DNA from: an uncultured Eubacteriales bacterium
Lineage (GTDB): Bacteria > Bacillota > Clostridia > Christensenellales > Aristaeellaceae
Assembly: GCA_902798105.1 (NCBI GenBank)
Contig: CADBVG010000015.1
Span: 4,916-68,915 of the forward strand
DNA: 64,000 nt
Direction: 5' to 3'
The notes beneath the pieces were generated by a model. That model saw only the letters and a list, made by a program, of their open reading frames with translations, searched no databases and was not told the origin of the DNA. Positions 7,157 to 15,304 of the stretch are shown here, one piece after another. How positions within the stretch are numbered: position 1 is the first letter of the stretch; every line of letters starts with the position of its first letter. The translations under genes and the position numbers were made by a program.

Positions 7157-10100
7157 ATGAAGAAAACAGCATTGTTCATCGTGCTGCTGGCGCTGTGCCT
7201 GCTCACCGCCCCCTTTGCGGTGGCGGAGGGCCAGCCCGTCGCCCGCAGCGATGCCTTTGCCGCCTACGTAGACGGCCAGGGGCACCTCTACCTGCCCGGA
7301 CGGACGGAGGCCATCAACGTCAAGACGGCGGACAACGTCCTGGGCATCGACGCCTACCGCGTGCTCTATTTGAGCCCGGACGAATTCCTGGACAGCCAGG
7401 ATCTTTACATGGTCGACCTGCAGAGCCTTGAGGAATCCCTGATTTCCACCGATGTCAAGGCTGCCTGCCTGGCCGACGACGACACCGCCTACTATGTGAC
7501 CGGCGCCAAGCGCACCCAGCTGAACCGCGTCGATTTGCACAGTCTGGGCAACGAGGTGGTCTACACCGCCGCCGAACCCATCGACCGGCTGTACATGTCA
7601 GCGGAGGGGCTGATCGTCGAGCTGGTGGACGGAGCCGGCACGATGCTTTATATGGCGGATACGGGCCGCTTTGATATTTACAACGGCGGCATGCCCAGGA
7701 GCGGCGCGACCAGCGAGCGTTACGAAGCCTACCTGACCGATGCCTCAGAGCTGTACCTGAAGAGCCGGTTCAATTACACAACCAGCCTGGTCGACACCGA
7801 CGTGACCGCCTTTACCTGGCTGGACAACACCCTGTATTACATTACCCGCACCGGCAGCGCCCTTCGGCTGAAGGCCTATGACGCCGCCGCGAAGACCTCC
7901 AAGGTCGTGCTGACTCCCGGCGTAAAGATGAAGGATCAGCTGACCGCCAGCGGCAAATCGCTGTTTATGCTGGCCGCCGACAACACCGTGTGCCGCGTGG
8001 ACATCGCCAAGGGCACCCTGGGCGTGTTCAAGCGCTATTCCGATCTCTCGGCCTACAACCTGCCCGCGGAATACAACGTGGACGGCCTGCGCATCGAGGG
8101 TATGAGCGGCCAGCTGAACGTGTACGCCCAGCTGACGGACAAGACCGCCAAACCCACTTTCTCGTTCATCGAGTTCGAATCAGAGGGCGACGCCGCCGCG
8201 CTCGTGCTGCGTCTGATTGACACTCTCAAGCTGAAGGGCGAGCAGAACGCCTGGGAGAAGCTGAAGCCCACCCCCCAATACGCCACCCTGTCCAGGGGCA
8301 GCCGCGGCGACGCCGTGAGCGCCATCCAGCAGCCCCTGAAGGACCTGGGCTACTACGATTACTATGTGGACGGCATCTACGGTCCCCGCACCCAGGCGGC
8401 CGTGCAGCTGCTGCAATCCGACCTGGGCCGCCCGGTGACCGGCGTGGCCGATGCCGAGCTGCAGCGGATCATACTCTCCGGCAAGCTGGGCGCCTATGAC
8501 CCCTACAGCCAGCTGACCCGGGGCAACCGCGGCATGCGCGTGCGCCAGATGCAGGAGCGCCTGCGCGAGCTGGGCTACCTGGCCGACGCCGCGGACGGCA
8601 TCTTTGGGCCCCGCACGCTGAAGGCCGTGCAGCTGTTCCAGGATGAAAACGGCCTGCCGGAGACCACCACCGCCACCCGGGAGACGTTGAAGCGCCTCTA
8701 TTCCGACAGGGCGGCATACTGCTCCAGCTATATCGACCTGTATCCCGGCGACACCGGTTATCGCGTGCGCGAGCTGAACAACCGCCTGAGGGACCTGTAC
8801 TATCTGGAATGCAGCCCCGGCAGCACCTACACCTCCCAGACCGCATCGGCAGTGCGCGTATTCCAGCGCACGGCAGGCCTGCGGGAGACCAGCCATGCCA
8901 GCGCGGCCATGCAGCGGCTGCTGTTCTCCGACGAAGCCCCCGAGGCCTCCGGCTACATCGTGCTTCGCCGCGGCGACAACAACCAGCGCGTCGCACGCCT
9001 GCAGCGCCGCCTGATGGAGTTGGGATACTACGACGGTCCCGTCGACGGCTACTTCGGCCGGCAGACCAAGGAGGCCGTCGCCCTGTTCCAGCGCAAGGTC
9101 GGCTTGAAGCCCACCGGCGTGGCCACCGTGCGTACCCAGATGCTGCTGTTCTCCGACGACGCCCCCGAATATGTGAAGCCCACCTACATCAGCGATCCGG
9201 ACATCTACGTGGAGGACTATGACTACGTGGATCGCGGCATCTACTACATCTCCGAGGCCAGCACCTCCGGTGGCTATGTCATCTTTGACTGGGATGTCGA
9301 AGGCGATGTGGATCACTTCAACGTCCGCGTCAGCGATTCCAGGGGCAATGTGTATTTCGACAACGATACACAGATGACCAGCACCGGCGTTTCCATCGCC
9401 ACGCTGGATTTCGATGTGGTGTACACGCTGCGCGTCAGGGCCTACCCCGCGGATGGCAACCGCAGGCACGTTACCGAAGGCAATATCCGCTTCGTCAGGA
9501 TCGATACCGAGCCCGAGGAAGAGGCCTATATGATCGACACCGTCGGCCTGCCCGAGATTGACATGAGCGTCGTGGCCCGCATTGAAAACGGCGTGCGCTA
9601 CCTGCTGCCGGGCACCATCACCTTCGACTGGTATGCCGAGGGCAATGTAGGCAGCTATGAAGTGCGCATCGAAGACGAGAGCGGCGCCGTGCTCGTGGAC
9701 GATACCATGTCCAACCGCAGCGCCAGCATCAGCTCCAACGCCATGAACGCCGGAGAGATCTACACAATTACCGTGTACGCCATCCCCGAGAACGGCAGCA
9801 TCAGGGATGCTCGTGCCAATTCGGAGCTCTTCGCGCTGCCCGAGGTGGAGCTGCCCGAGCCCGATCCCACGCCCGAGCCCGTTGAGGATCCCGATGAGGT
9901 GATTGAAGTGGATGTTGAGGTCGAGGTAGAGGATGAGGATGAGGACGAGGACGAGCCCGAAGAAATCCTCGAGCCGATGCCCACCTTCGAGCCCGTCGAA
10001 GAGCTCGTGCCCGATCCCACCGAAGAACCCGAGGATCTCGTGGCCGATCCCACCGAGGCGCCCGAGGAACTCATACCAGATCCTACTGAGCAAACCGACG

Positions 10101-11572
10101 TTGAGGTGCTGGAGCCTGACAACAGCACCGAACAAACCGATGAAGAGACCCTGGAGCCTGATGTGGACCAGCCCGAGTCCCTGGAGCCCGATACGAATCA
10201 GCCTGAGACCCTGGAGCCCGATACGGACCAGCCCGAGTCCCTGGAGCCCGATACGACGCAGCCCGAGTCCCTGGAGCCCGATACGACGCAGCCCGAGTCC
10301 CTGGAGCCCGATACGACGCAGTCTGAGACCCTGGAGCCTGATACGGACCAGCCCGAGACTCCGGAACCTGACACAGCACAGCCCGAAGAAGGGGAATCGA
10401 ATTCCGGCAGCGTGACCGCGCCGGTCATCACCCTCGATTATGTCCAGGAGGAACGGGATGGCATCAGCTATGTCTCCGGCGACATCCTCACCATGAGCTG
10501 GCAATCGGAGGGCAATGTAGGCCAGTATAAGATTGAACTGCAGGATACCAACGGCAACGTGCTGGATTCCCGGATGGTTGAGAACAACTCACTGTCCGCC
10601 CACACCAGTGGCATGGACCCCAACATGGTTTACACCCTAGTCGTCACGGCTATTCCCGTCGGCGGCGCAGAGGCTGACGGCGCCACCAGCTCGATCACCT
10701 TTGCCCTGTATACCGGAGCTGCCGCCGAGGATGACAGTCTCGACAACGACGACGAGAACGACGACGGCAATGCATTGGTTCAGGACGACGAGGACGCCAA
10801 CGACGACGAATGGCAGAATGCCGAGGAGGAATACCAGGAGTCCGAGGAGGCGGACGGGCCGTCCGACGATGACGATTCCGGTGAGGACTACCAGCAAAAT
10901 GCCACCGAGGCGTACCAGGAGCCTGAGCAGGAGGAGTCCCTCGAGCCTGAACAGGACGAAGCGTATCAGGAACCCGAGGAGGATTATCAGGAGCCTGAGA
11001 ACGATTACCAGGAGCCTGAAGACGATTACCAGGAGCCTGAAGACGATTACCAGGAGCCTGAGGACGACTATCAGGAGCCTGAGCAGGATTATTCCGATGA
11101 CTCCGGCGAATACTACTCGAAGAAGCAACCCGTTTCCGAAGGCGAAGGGATCGATGTCGAGGACGTCAGCGCCATCACGCTGACCGAAGAACAAATCGCC
11201 GCCATGCAAACCCGGCTCGTCAGCCTGGGTTGGCTGGTGACCGATGCCTACACGCCGGGTCTGTTGGATGAAGCCACGGCCAACGCCATCAGCAGCTTCC
11301 AGAGCTATTGTAACGAGACCTTCGCCATGGAGCTGACGCTGATCGACACGATGGACCCCGTCCTCGACGCCGAAACGCTGACCGTGTTGAAGGACGCGGA
11401 CCAGAGCTACGCCAACCCGAACCCCAACCCTTCTGCAGGCGCAAGCACCTACGCTGACGAAGGGCAGGACGACAGCTCTGACGAAAACCCCGACGAAGGC
11501 TATGAAGATAATCCCGACGATGACTACGAAGAAGACTACGAAGAAGACTACGAAGAAGACGCTGACATGTAA
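7157..11572 (+). CDS. Secreted, highly acidic multidomain cell-wall-binding protein (1471 aa)
   Basis: AGGAGG RBS and a signal peptide (MKKTALFIVLLALCLLTAPFAVAEG). An N-terminal region of about 350 aa has repeated YYVT/LYYIT motifs and looks beta-propeller-like. Four PG_binding_1-like repeats follow (e.g. GSRGDAVSAIQQPLKDLGYYDYYVDGIYGPRTQAAVQLLQSDLGRPVTG), with a fifth near the C-terminus. Three repeats of about 60 aa share the pattern F/W-D/S-W..EGNVG.Y.V...D..G.V......(Y)T..V.A.P. D/E/P-rich tandem-repeat linkers separate the modules. Confidence 0.9.
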   Translation: MKKTALFIVLLALCLLTAPFAVAEGQPVARSDAFAAYVDGQGHLYLPGRTEAINVKTADNVLGIDAYRVLYLSPDEFLDSQDLYMVDLQSLEESLISTDVKAACLADDDTAYYVTGAKRTQLNRVDLHSLGNEVVYTAAEPIDRLYMSAEGLIVELVDGAGTMLYMADTGRFDIYNGGMPRSGATSERYEAYLTDASELYLKSRFNYTTSLVDTDVTAFTWLDNTLYYITRTGSALRLKAYDAAAKTSKVVLTPGVKMKDQLTASGKSLFMLAADNTVCRVDIAKGTLGVFKRYSDLSAYNLPAEYNVDGLRIEGMSGQLNVYAQLTDKTAKPTFSFIEFESEGDAAALVLRLIDTLKLKGEQNAWEKLKPTPQYATLSRGSRGDAVSAIQQPLKDLGYYDYYVDGIYGPRTQAAVQLLQSDLGRPVTGVADAELQRIILSGKLGAYDPYSQLTRGNRGMRVRQMQERLRELGYLADAADGIFGPRTLKAVQLFQDENGLPETTTATRETLKRLYSDRAAYCSSYIDLYPGDTGYRVRELNNRLRDLYYLECSPGSTYTSQTASAVRVFQRTAGLRETSHASAAMQRLLFSDEAPEASGYIVLRRGDNNQRVARLQRRLMELGYYDGPVDGYFGRQTKEAVALFQRKVGLKPTGVATVRTQMLLFSDDAPEYVKPTYISDPDIYVEDYDYVDRGIYYISEASTSGGYVIFDWDVEGDVDHFNVRVSDSRGNVYFDNDTQMTSTGVSIATLDFDVVYTLRVRAYPADGNRRHVTEGNIRFVRIDTEPEEEAYMIDTVGLPEIDMSVVARIENGVRYLLPGTITFDWYAEGNVGSYEVRIEDESGAVLVDDTMSNRSASISSNAMNAGEIYTITVYAIPENGSIRDARANSELFALPEVELPEPDPTPEPVEDPDEVIEVDVEVEVEDEDEDEDEPEEILEPMPTFEPVEELVPDPTEEPEDLVADPTEAPEELIPDPTEQTDVEVLEPDNSTEQTDEETLEPDVDQPESLEPDTNQPETLEPDTDQPESLEPDTTQPESLEPDTTQPESLEPDTTQSETLEPDTDQPETPEPDTAQPEEGESNSGSVTAPVITLDYVQEERDGISYVSGDILTMSWQSEGNVGQYKIELQDTNGNVLDSRMVENNSLSAHTSGMDPNMVYTLVVTAIPVGGAEADGATSSITFALYTGAAAEDDSLDNDDENDDGNALVQDDEDANDDEWQNAEEEYQESEEADGPSDDDDSGEDYQQNATEAYQEPEQEESLEPEQDEAYQEPEEDYQEPENDYQEPEDDYQEPEDDYQEPEDDYQEPEQDYSDDSGEYYSKKQPVSEGEGIDVEDVSAITLTEEQIAAMQTRLVSLGWLVTDAYTPGLLDEATANAISSFQSYCNETFAMELTLIDTMDPVLDAETLTVLKDADQSYANPNPNPSAGASTYADEGQDDSSDENPDEGYEDNPDDDYEEDYEEDYEEDADM
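10151..10390 (+). repeat. In-frame 30-bp tandem repeat x8 (LEPDT[DT]QPES decapeptides)
   Basis: Eight head-to-tail units of CTGGAGCCCGATACGACGCAGCCCGAGTCC-like sequence. Units 10241-10270 and 10271-10300 are identical, and the next unit is identical over its first 21 nt. Confidence 0.95.
10961..11092 (+). repeat. In-frame 21-bp tandem repeat, about 6 units (DYQEPE[DNQ] heptapeptides)
   Basis: GATTACCAGGAGCCTGAAGAC repeated head to tail. The peptide reads ...EDYQEPENDYQEPEDDYQEPEDDYQEPEDDYQEPEQDY... Confidence 0.9.
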
Positions 11573-11590
11573 CCCAACGCGACAATGAAG

Positions 11591-11626
11591 AAGGCAGGCT
11601 GTTTCGGCAGCCTGCCTTCGTTTTGT
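11591..11626 (+). terminator. Rho-independent terminator of the 1471-aa gene
   Basis: AAGGCAGGCTG tttcgg CAGCCTGCCTT followed by cgTTTTGT, 19 nt after the stop codon. Confidence 0.85.
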
Positions 11627-11786
11627 GTCTGGATCTGTTCATTCCAATCAAAGGTATCATCTGTCGCGGCGGCGTCATCCCGTGTGCGGGAAGCGCGCGC
11701 GATTCCGCTTTGCCGCCACAGCTGAACAGATACGAATACAGTATGAACAGTTCTCTCTATTAGTTATACTGGGACAGCGTCTTTTA

Positions 11787-11954
11787 TTAAGGAAATACCG
11801 CGCAATTAAGGTGGTCAGCTGGCGAGTGAATTTTTCGACAGATGCAATTGCAGATTTCGAAGGTTTACTGGCAGTAAATCGAGAAATCTGCAAGCAGCAG
11901 ATGTCGGAAAAGGCACCGCCAGATGCGCCGCCGTATTGTGCGGTATTTCCTTAA
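11787..11954 (+). repeat. Family A TIR-bounded repeat, copy 1 (MITE-like, 168 bp)
   Basis: TTAAGGAAATACCGCGCAAT...ATTGTGCGGTATTTCCTTAA, with about 20-nt terminal inverted repeats. Near-identical to 19804-19953 in inverted orientation. A diverged copy lies at 26976-27142. Confidence 0.9.
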
Positions 11955-11983
11955 CCGGACTGTATAATCTGCAAAAGTATTTA

Positions 11984-12083
11984 TTCAGTCATGGCGGCGC
12001 AGGTGCCGACGCTACAACAAGCGACGCCCTGTAGCGGCGGCCCCCGGGCCGCCATAGGAGCTACAGTTACATACGAAACTGAA
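11984..12083. repeat. Family C GC-rich hairpin repeat, copy 1
   Basis: TTCAGTCATGGCGG ... CTGTAGCGGCGGCCCCCGGGCCGCCATAGGAGCTACAG ... ACTGAA. Shares its ends and its core hairpin with 18813-18951. Confidence 0.8.
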
Positions 12084-12156
12084 GAGGTTAACCTGCAAAA
12101 TTGCTGACCTTTGCCTAATCATATAGTCCGGTCAATTGACGAACGTTATACTGGTA

Positions 12157-13233
12157 TTACATCCATTTTGCCATGCGCCGTGCCTGGCGATGGGAGACGG
12201 TGTCCAGCGTCATCTTCGGCAACAGCTCCGGATGGATCTCCAGATCGCCTTGCCGCTCCAGGTCATCGAGGTATCCCTCCAGCATCGCCCGGAAGGCATC
12301 GAGGGTGATGACGTGGTTCAGCTCGACCAGCACTGCATCGTATCCGGTCAAGCCCGCGAGGATCCATCCGCAGAAGCGGCGCATCTCACAGATCGCCACG
12401 TTTTCGGGGCGGTGACCGCAGGTCAGCGCGGCCAGTCGGATCAACAGCACGACGCGCTCGGGTGCGCGGCGCTGGGCAACTGCCTCTCCCCTGCTCAGTG
12501 CGGCGATGTCCTCGAATATCCAGGGTGATTTCAGCGCCGCCCTGCCGATGGCGACCCCCGCCGCGTGGGTTTCCCGCAGGAAGGCCAGCGCATCCACGGC
12601 GCAGGTGACGCCGCCGTTGGCGTACACCGGTATGTGCGTTGCGTCGCATATGGCCCGGATCGCTGACGTGTCGACGGGACCCAGGTACATCTGTTCCCGG
12701 GTGCGCCCGTGCAGCGTAACGCTCTCAAAGCCCAATGATTCCGCCTGTTCCACCAGAAACGGCGCGGTGATATGCGCCGCGTCCCAGCCCAGGCGCAGCT
12801 TCAGCCGCACCGGCAGGGTCGTGGCGCCGCGCACAGCTTCCATGACGGCCGCCGCCCGGTCCGGCGTCTTCATCAGCGCCGCGCCATTGCCGCTGCCCAC
12901 CACCTTCCGGGCCGGACAGCCCATGTTGATGTCGATGGCGTCAAACCGGCCCAGCGCTTCCAGCCGGCGGGCGGATTCCGCCATCGCCGCCGGGTCGCTG
13001 CCGATCAACTGTGCGGCCAGGTTGTGCTCGTTGGGGTAGCGGACCAGCACCTCCATGAAGGTCGGGCTCATGGGCTTCTTCGCCCGCCCATAGGCCAGCG
13101 ACTGTATCATCTCCGTGGTCGCGCCGTCGGCTCCGTAGTCGAAGCAGATGCTTCTAAACGATGCGCGGGTCAGGCCGTCCATCGGCGCGAGCAGGAATTC
13201 CGGCGTCCGCGCCGGATTGTTGTCCTTTTCCAT
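12157..13233 (-). CDS. tRNA-dihydrouridine synthase (Dus family)
   Basis: LLAPMDGLTRASFR, IDINMGCPARKV and a TIM-barrel Dus pattern, plus a C-terminal helical domain. Confidence 0.9.
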   Translation of the reverse strand: MEKDNNPARTPEFLLAPMDGLTRASFRSICFDYGADGATTEMIQSLAYGRAKKPMSPTFMEVLVRYPNEHNLAAQLIGSDPAAMAESARRLEALGRFDAIDINMGCPARKVVGSGNGAALMKTPDRAAAVMEAVRGATTLPVRLKLRLGWDAAHITAPFLVEQAESLGFESVTLHGRTREQMYLGPVDTSAIRAICDATHIPVYANGGVTCAVDALAFLRETHAAGVAIGRAALKSPWIFEDIAALSRGEAVAQRRAPERVVLLIRLAALTCGHRPENVAICEMRRFCGWILAGLTGYDAVLVELNHVITLDAFRAMLEGYLDDLERQGDLEIHPELLPKMTLDTVSHRQARRMAKWM

Positions 13234-13237
13234 ATCG

Positions 13238-14437
13238 TCAGCCCGTGACGTTCAGCCGTGCGTCGCCGGTGCGCTGGTAACCCTGCAGCAGCAGCTGGGT
13301 GATGTCCCAGGGGCGGGACGCGGCATCGGGATACAGCTTCAACAGATAGACGTAGGGCTCCAGCTTGGTGGGATCGATCTCGGCGCAGCGCTTGAGCATC
13401 GCCGCTGCCTTCTCATTGTTGCCTGCCTGCAAATAGGCCATCGCAGCCGAGGAAGCAAAGCTGTAGCTGTTGGGGTCCCGCTGCAGCGCCCGCTCGTAAT
13501 AGAGCCCTGCCTGGCTGTAGTCCTGCGCCTGGAAGTACTGGTAGCCCAGTGTGCTGTAGGCATCCTTGCTCCAGGCAGCATTGACCCTCGCCAAGCTAAG
13601 CTGCCCCGCCCTGGAGAAGGCATAGATCACGAACAGCAATAGCAGTATCACAAACAGCGCAAACCCCACGATGCCCCTCAGATGGCGCATGAAGAAGCTG
13701 CTCTCCTCCTCATCCTCGAAGGAGAAGCTGCCCGACAGGTCGTCGTTTACGTTGTCGTCGTAGGGATCATCCTCATCGTAGGGGGCGCGCTTGTCATCCA
13801 TGAAGATGTCCTCCGGGTCCATCGTCTTGGTCGGCACAAGCGTGTTGGCCGGTTTGCGGCGCTTCTGGCCCTTCTCCCGGGGCTTCGCGCCCTGCACATC
13901 CAGGTCGAGCTTCGGCGCGGTACCCTCCAGGCGCACGGGCGTCTCCTCGCCCCGCTTGATCTCCGGCGGCTTCTTCTCCAAATTGACAGACTGCTTCTTC
14001 CGGGCGATCTCCTCCCGCCAGCCCGTATCCTCCGGCTTTTCCACCGCTTCGTCCAGCTTCAGCGGGGCAAAATCCTCCGTGGGCGCCTGGGGTCTGGCCC
14101 AGACATCCTGGTCCATGTGGTTACGGCGCTCCCGACTCCAGTCCATCAGCTCCGCCGCGGCGTCGTCCGCATCCGTCGTCTCCGGCTTCTCTTCGTCCTC
14201 CAAGACCGACGTCGGTTTGTTTGAAACGCCAGTTCTCTCCCCTTCGATGGCTTCCGGCTCCGGTTCGGGCGTGATTTCCGCCTTCACCGGTTCTTCCTGT
14301 GCGGGCGCGGATGGCACATTCGCGACGGGTAGGATTTCCGGCGTGTCATCCTGCTCAGGGATGACAATGGGCTTGCCGCAGAAGGGGCAGAAGAGCATGT
14401 CTTCGCCCACCTTTTTTCCGCAATGTGAACAGTACAC
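13238..14437 (-). CDS. Zinc-ribbon / TM / TPR-repeat protein
   Basis: MYCSHCGKKVGEDMLFCPFCGKPI (CxxC..CxxC zinc ribbon), a long acidic linker, one TM (GIVGFALFVILLLLFVIYAF), then TPR-like repeats (GYQYFQAQDYSQAGLYYERALQRDPNSY...). Confidence 0.8.
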   Translation of the reverse strand: MYCSHCGKKVGEDMLFCPFCGKPIVIPEQDDTPEILPVANVPSAPAQEEPVKAEITPEPEPEAIEGERTGVSNKPTSVLEDEEKPETTDADDAAAELMDWSRERRNHMDQDVWARPQAPTEDFAPLKLDEAVEKPEDTGWREEIARKKQSVNLEKKPPEIKRGEETPVRLEGTAPKLDLDVQGAKPREKGQKRRKPANTLVPTKTMDPEDIFMDDKRAPYDEDDPYDDNVNDDLSGSFSFEDEEESSFFMRHLRGIVGFALFVILLLLFVIYAFSRAGQLSLARVNAAWSKDAYSTLGYQYFQAQDYSQAGLYYERALQRDPNSYSFASSAAMAYLQAGNNEKAAAMLKRCAEIDPTKLEPYVYLLKLYPDAASRPWDITQLLLQGYQRTGDARLNVTG

Positions 14438-14470
14438 AGGTCTCCCTCCCCTTCAGGGTGCACGTTTGCC

Positions 14471-15289
14471 TCAAATGTTGCGCATGGCCTCGTAATCCGG
14501 GTCGCCGTAGAAGGTCCGCTCCTCACCGGGGTCGCCGCCCAGCTCCTCGATGGCGTTGCGCAGCTCGATGTAGTCCAGGTAGCCCAGGTCCGTCAGCGTC
14601 AGGAAGGACTTCAGGGTTTCGATGGCCCTCGGATCGCCCAGCTTTCCCAGGAACGAGGCATACAGCGCCCGCTCTTCCGGTCGGTTGCGCAGCTTGTCCA
14701 GCATGTAATCGAGTATGCGGTCATCCCCGGGGAAGTTGGCGCAGATGCCCAGTATGCGCTGCTGGCCATACTCGCCCACGCCCTCGTAGCGCTCCAACAG
14801 CGACCCAATCCGGCTGCCATCCCCGTTGGAGAGGATGTCCGCCGCCATCTCGCCCAGCTCGTCGCCCTCGCCGCCACGGCAGACCAAGTCCACGTACAGG
14901 TCCAGGGCGTCGTCGCTGCCGATATCTCCCAATATAGCCAGCGCCGTCGCCCGCAGGGATTCAGACTTGTCGCCATCCGCCACCATGCGCATCAGCCCCG
15001 CAACGCAAGGCTGCCCCACGCTGACCACCCGGCTGTACAGGGGCTCCGGCAGGCCGATGTCCCGCTTGTCATATTCCTCCAGCAGCTTGAACAGGTCCTT
15101 CGGCGCGCTGTAGCGCAGGAAATATTCCCCCGGCTTCTCGCCGTCCAGCCACTTGGCCGGGGCGTTCAGGAAGTTCAGCATGATCTCATTGTAGCTGTCC
15201 TCCACCTGTCTTTCGGTCAGGCCGGGGTGCATGGCCATCCAGGTGCGGGCGTAATCGTAGAATTTAGCGTCAAAATCGTGTATCTTCAT
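14471..15289 (-). CDS. HEAT-repeat protein
   Basis: Repeated helical units with the ...LG.IGD..A... pattern (LRATALAILGDIGSDDAL, ASFLGKLGDPRAIETL). No catalytic motifs. Confidence 0.7.
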   Translation of the reverse strand: MKIHDFDAKFYDYARTWMAMHPGLTERQVEDSYNEIMLNFLNAPAKWLDGEKPGEYFLRYSAPKDLFKLLEEYDKRDIGLPEPLYSRVVSVGQPCVAGLMRMVADGDKSESLRATALAILGDIGSDDALDLYVDLVCRGGEGDELGEMAADILSNGDGSRIGSLLERYEGVGEYGQQRILGICANFPGDDRILDYMLDKLRNRPEERALYASFLGKLGDPRAIETLKSFLTLTDLGYLDYIELRNAIEELGGDPGEERTFYGDPDYEAMRNI

Positions 15290-15304
15290 CGTTTACTCCA
15301 TTTA

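Noticed and set aside
10151-10390. Regular 30-bp repeats, checked as a possible CRISPR array
   Set aside because: The units are directly abutting with no spacers, are in frame inside a CDS and encode a decapeptide repeat. No cas genes are present.
8180-10504. 774-aa ORF antisense to the 1471-aa gene
   Set aside because: It lies entirely inside, and opposite to, a gene with a signal peptide, an RBS and recognisable domains. Its translation is low-complexity G/L/V/H/A-rich with no motifs. Long antisense ORFs are expected in GC-rich DNA.
11625-11954. ORFs reading through family A repeats (11625..11954 plus and 26832..27263 plus) that share the peptide ...WRVNF...KAPP..PPYCAVFP
   Set aside because: The similarity is explained by the nucleotide repeat itself. 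There is no in-element start codon or RBS. The stop is the TTAA terminus in copies 1 and 2 but is absent in copy 3. The upstream parts of the ORFs are unrelated (a terminator and spacer DNA).
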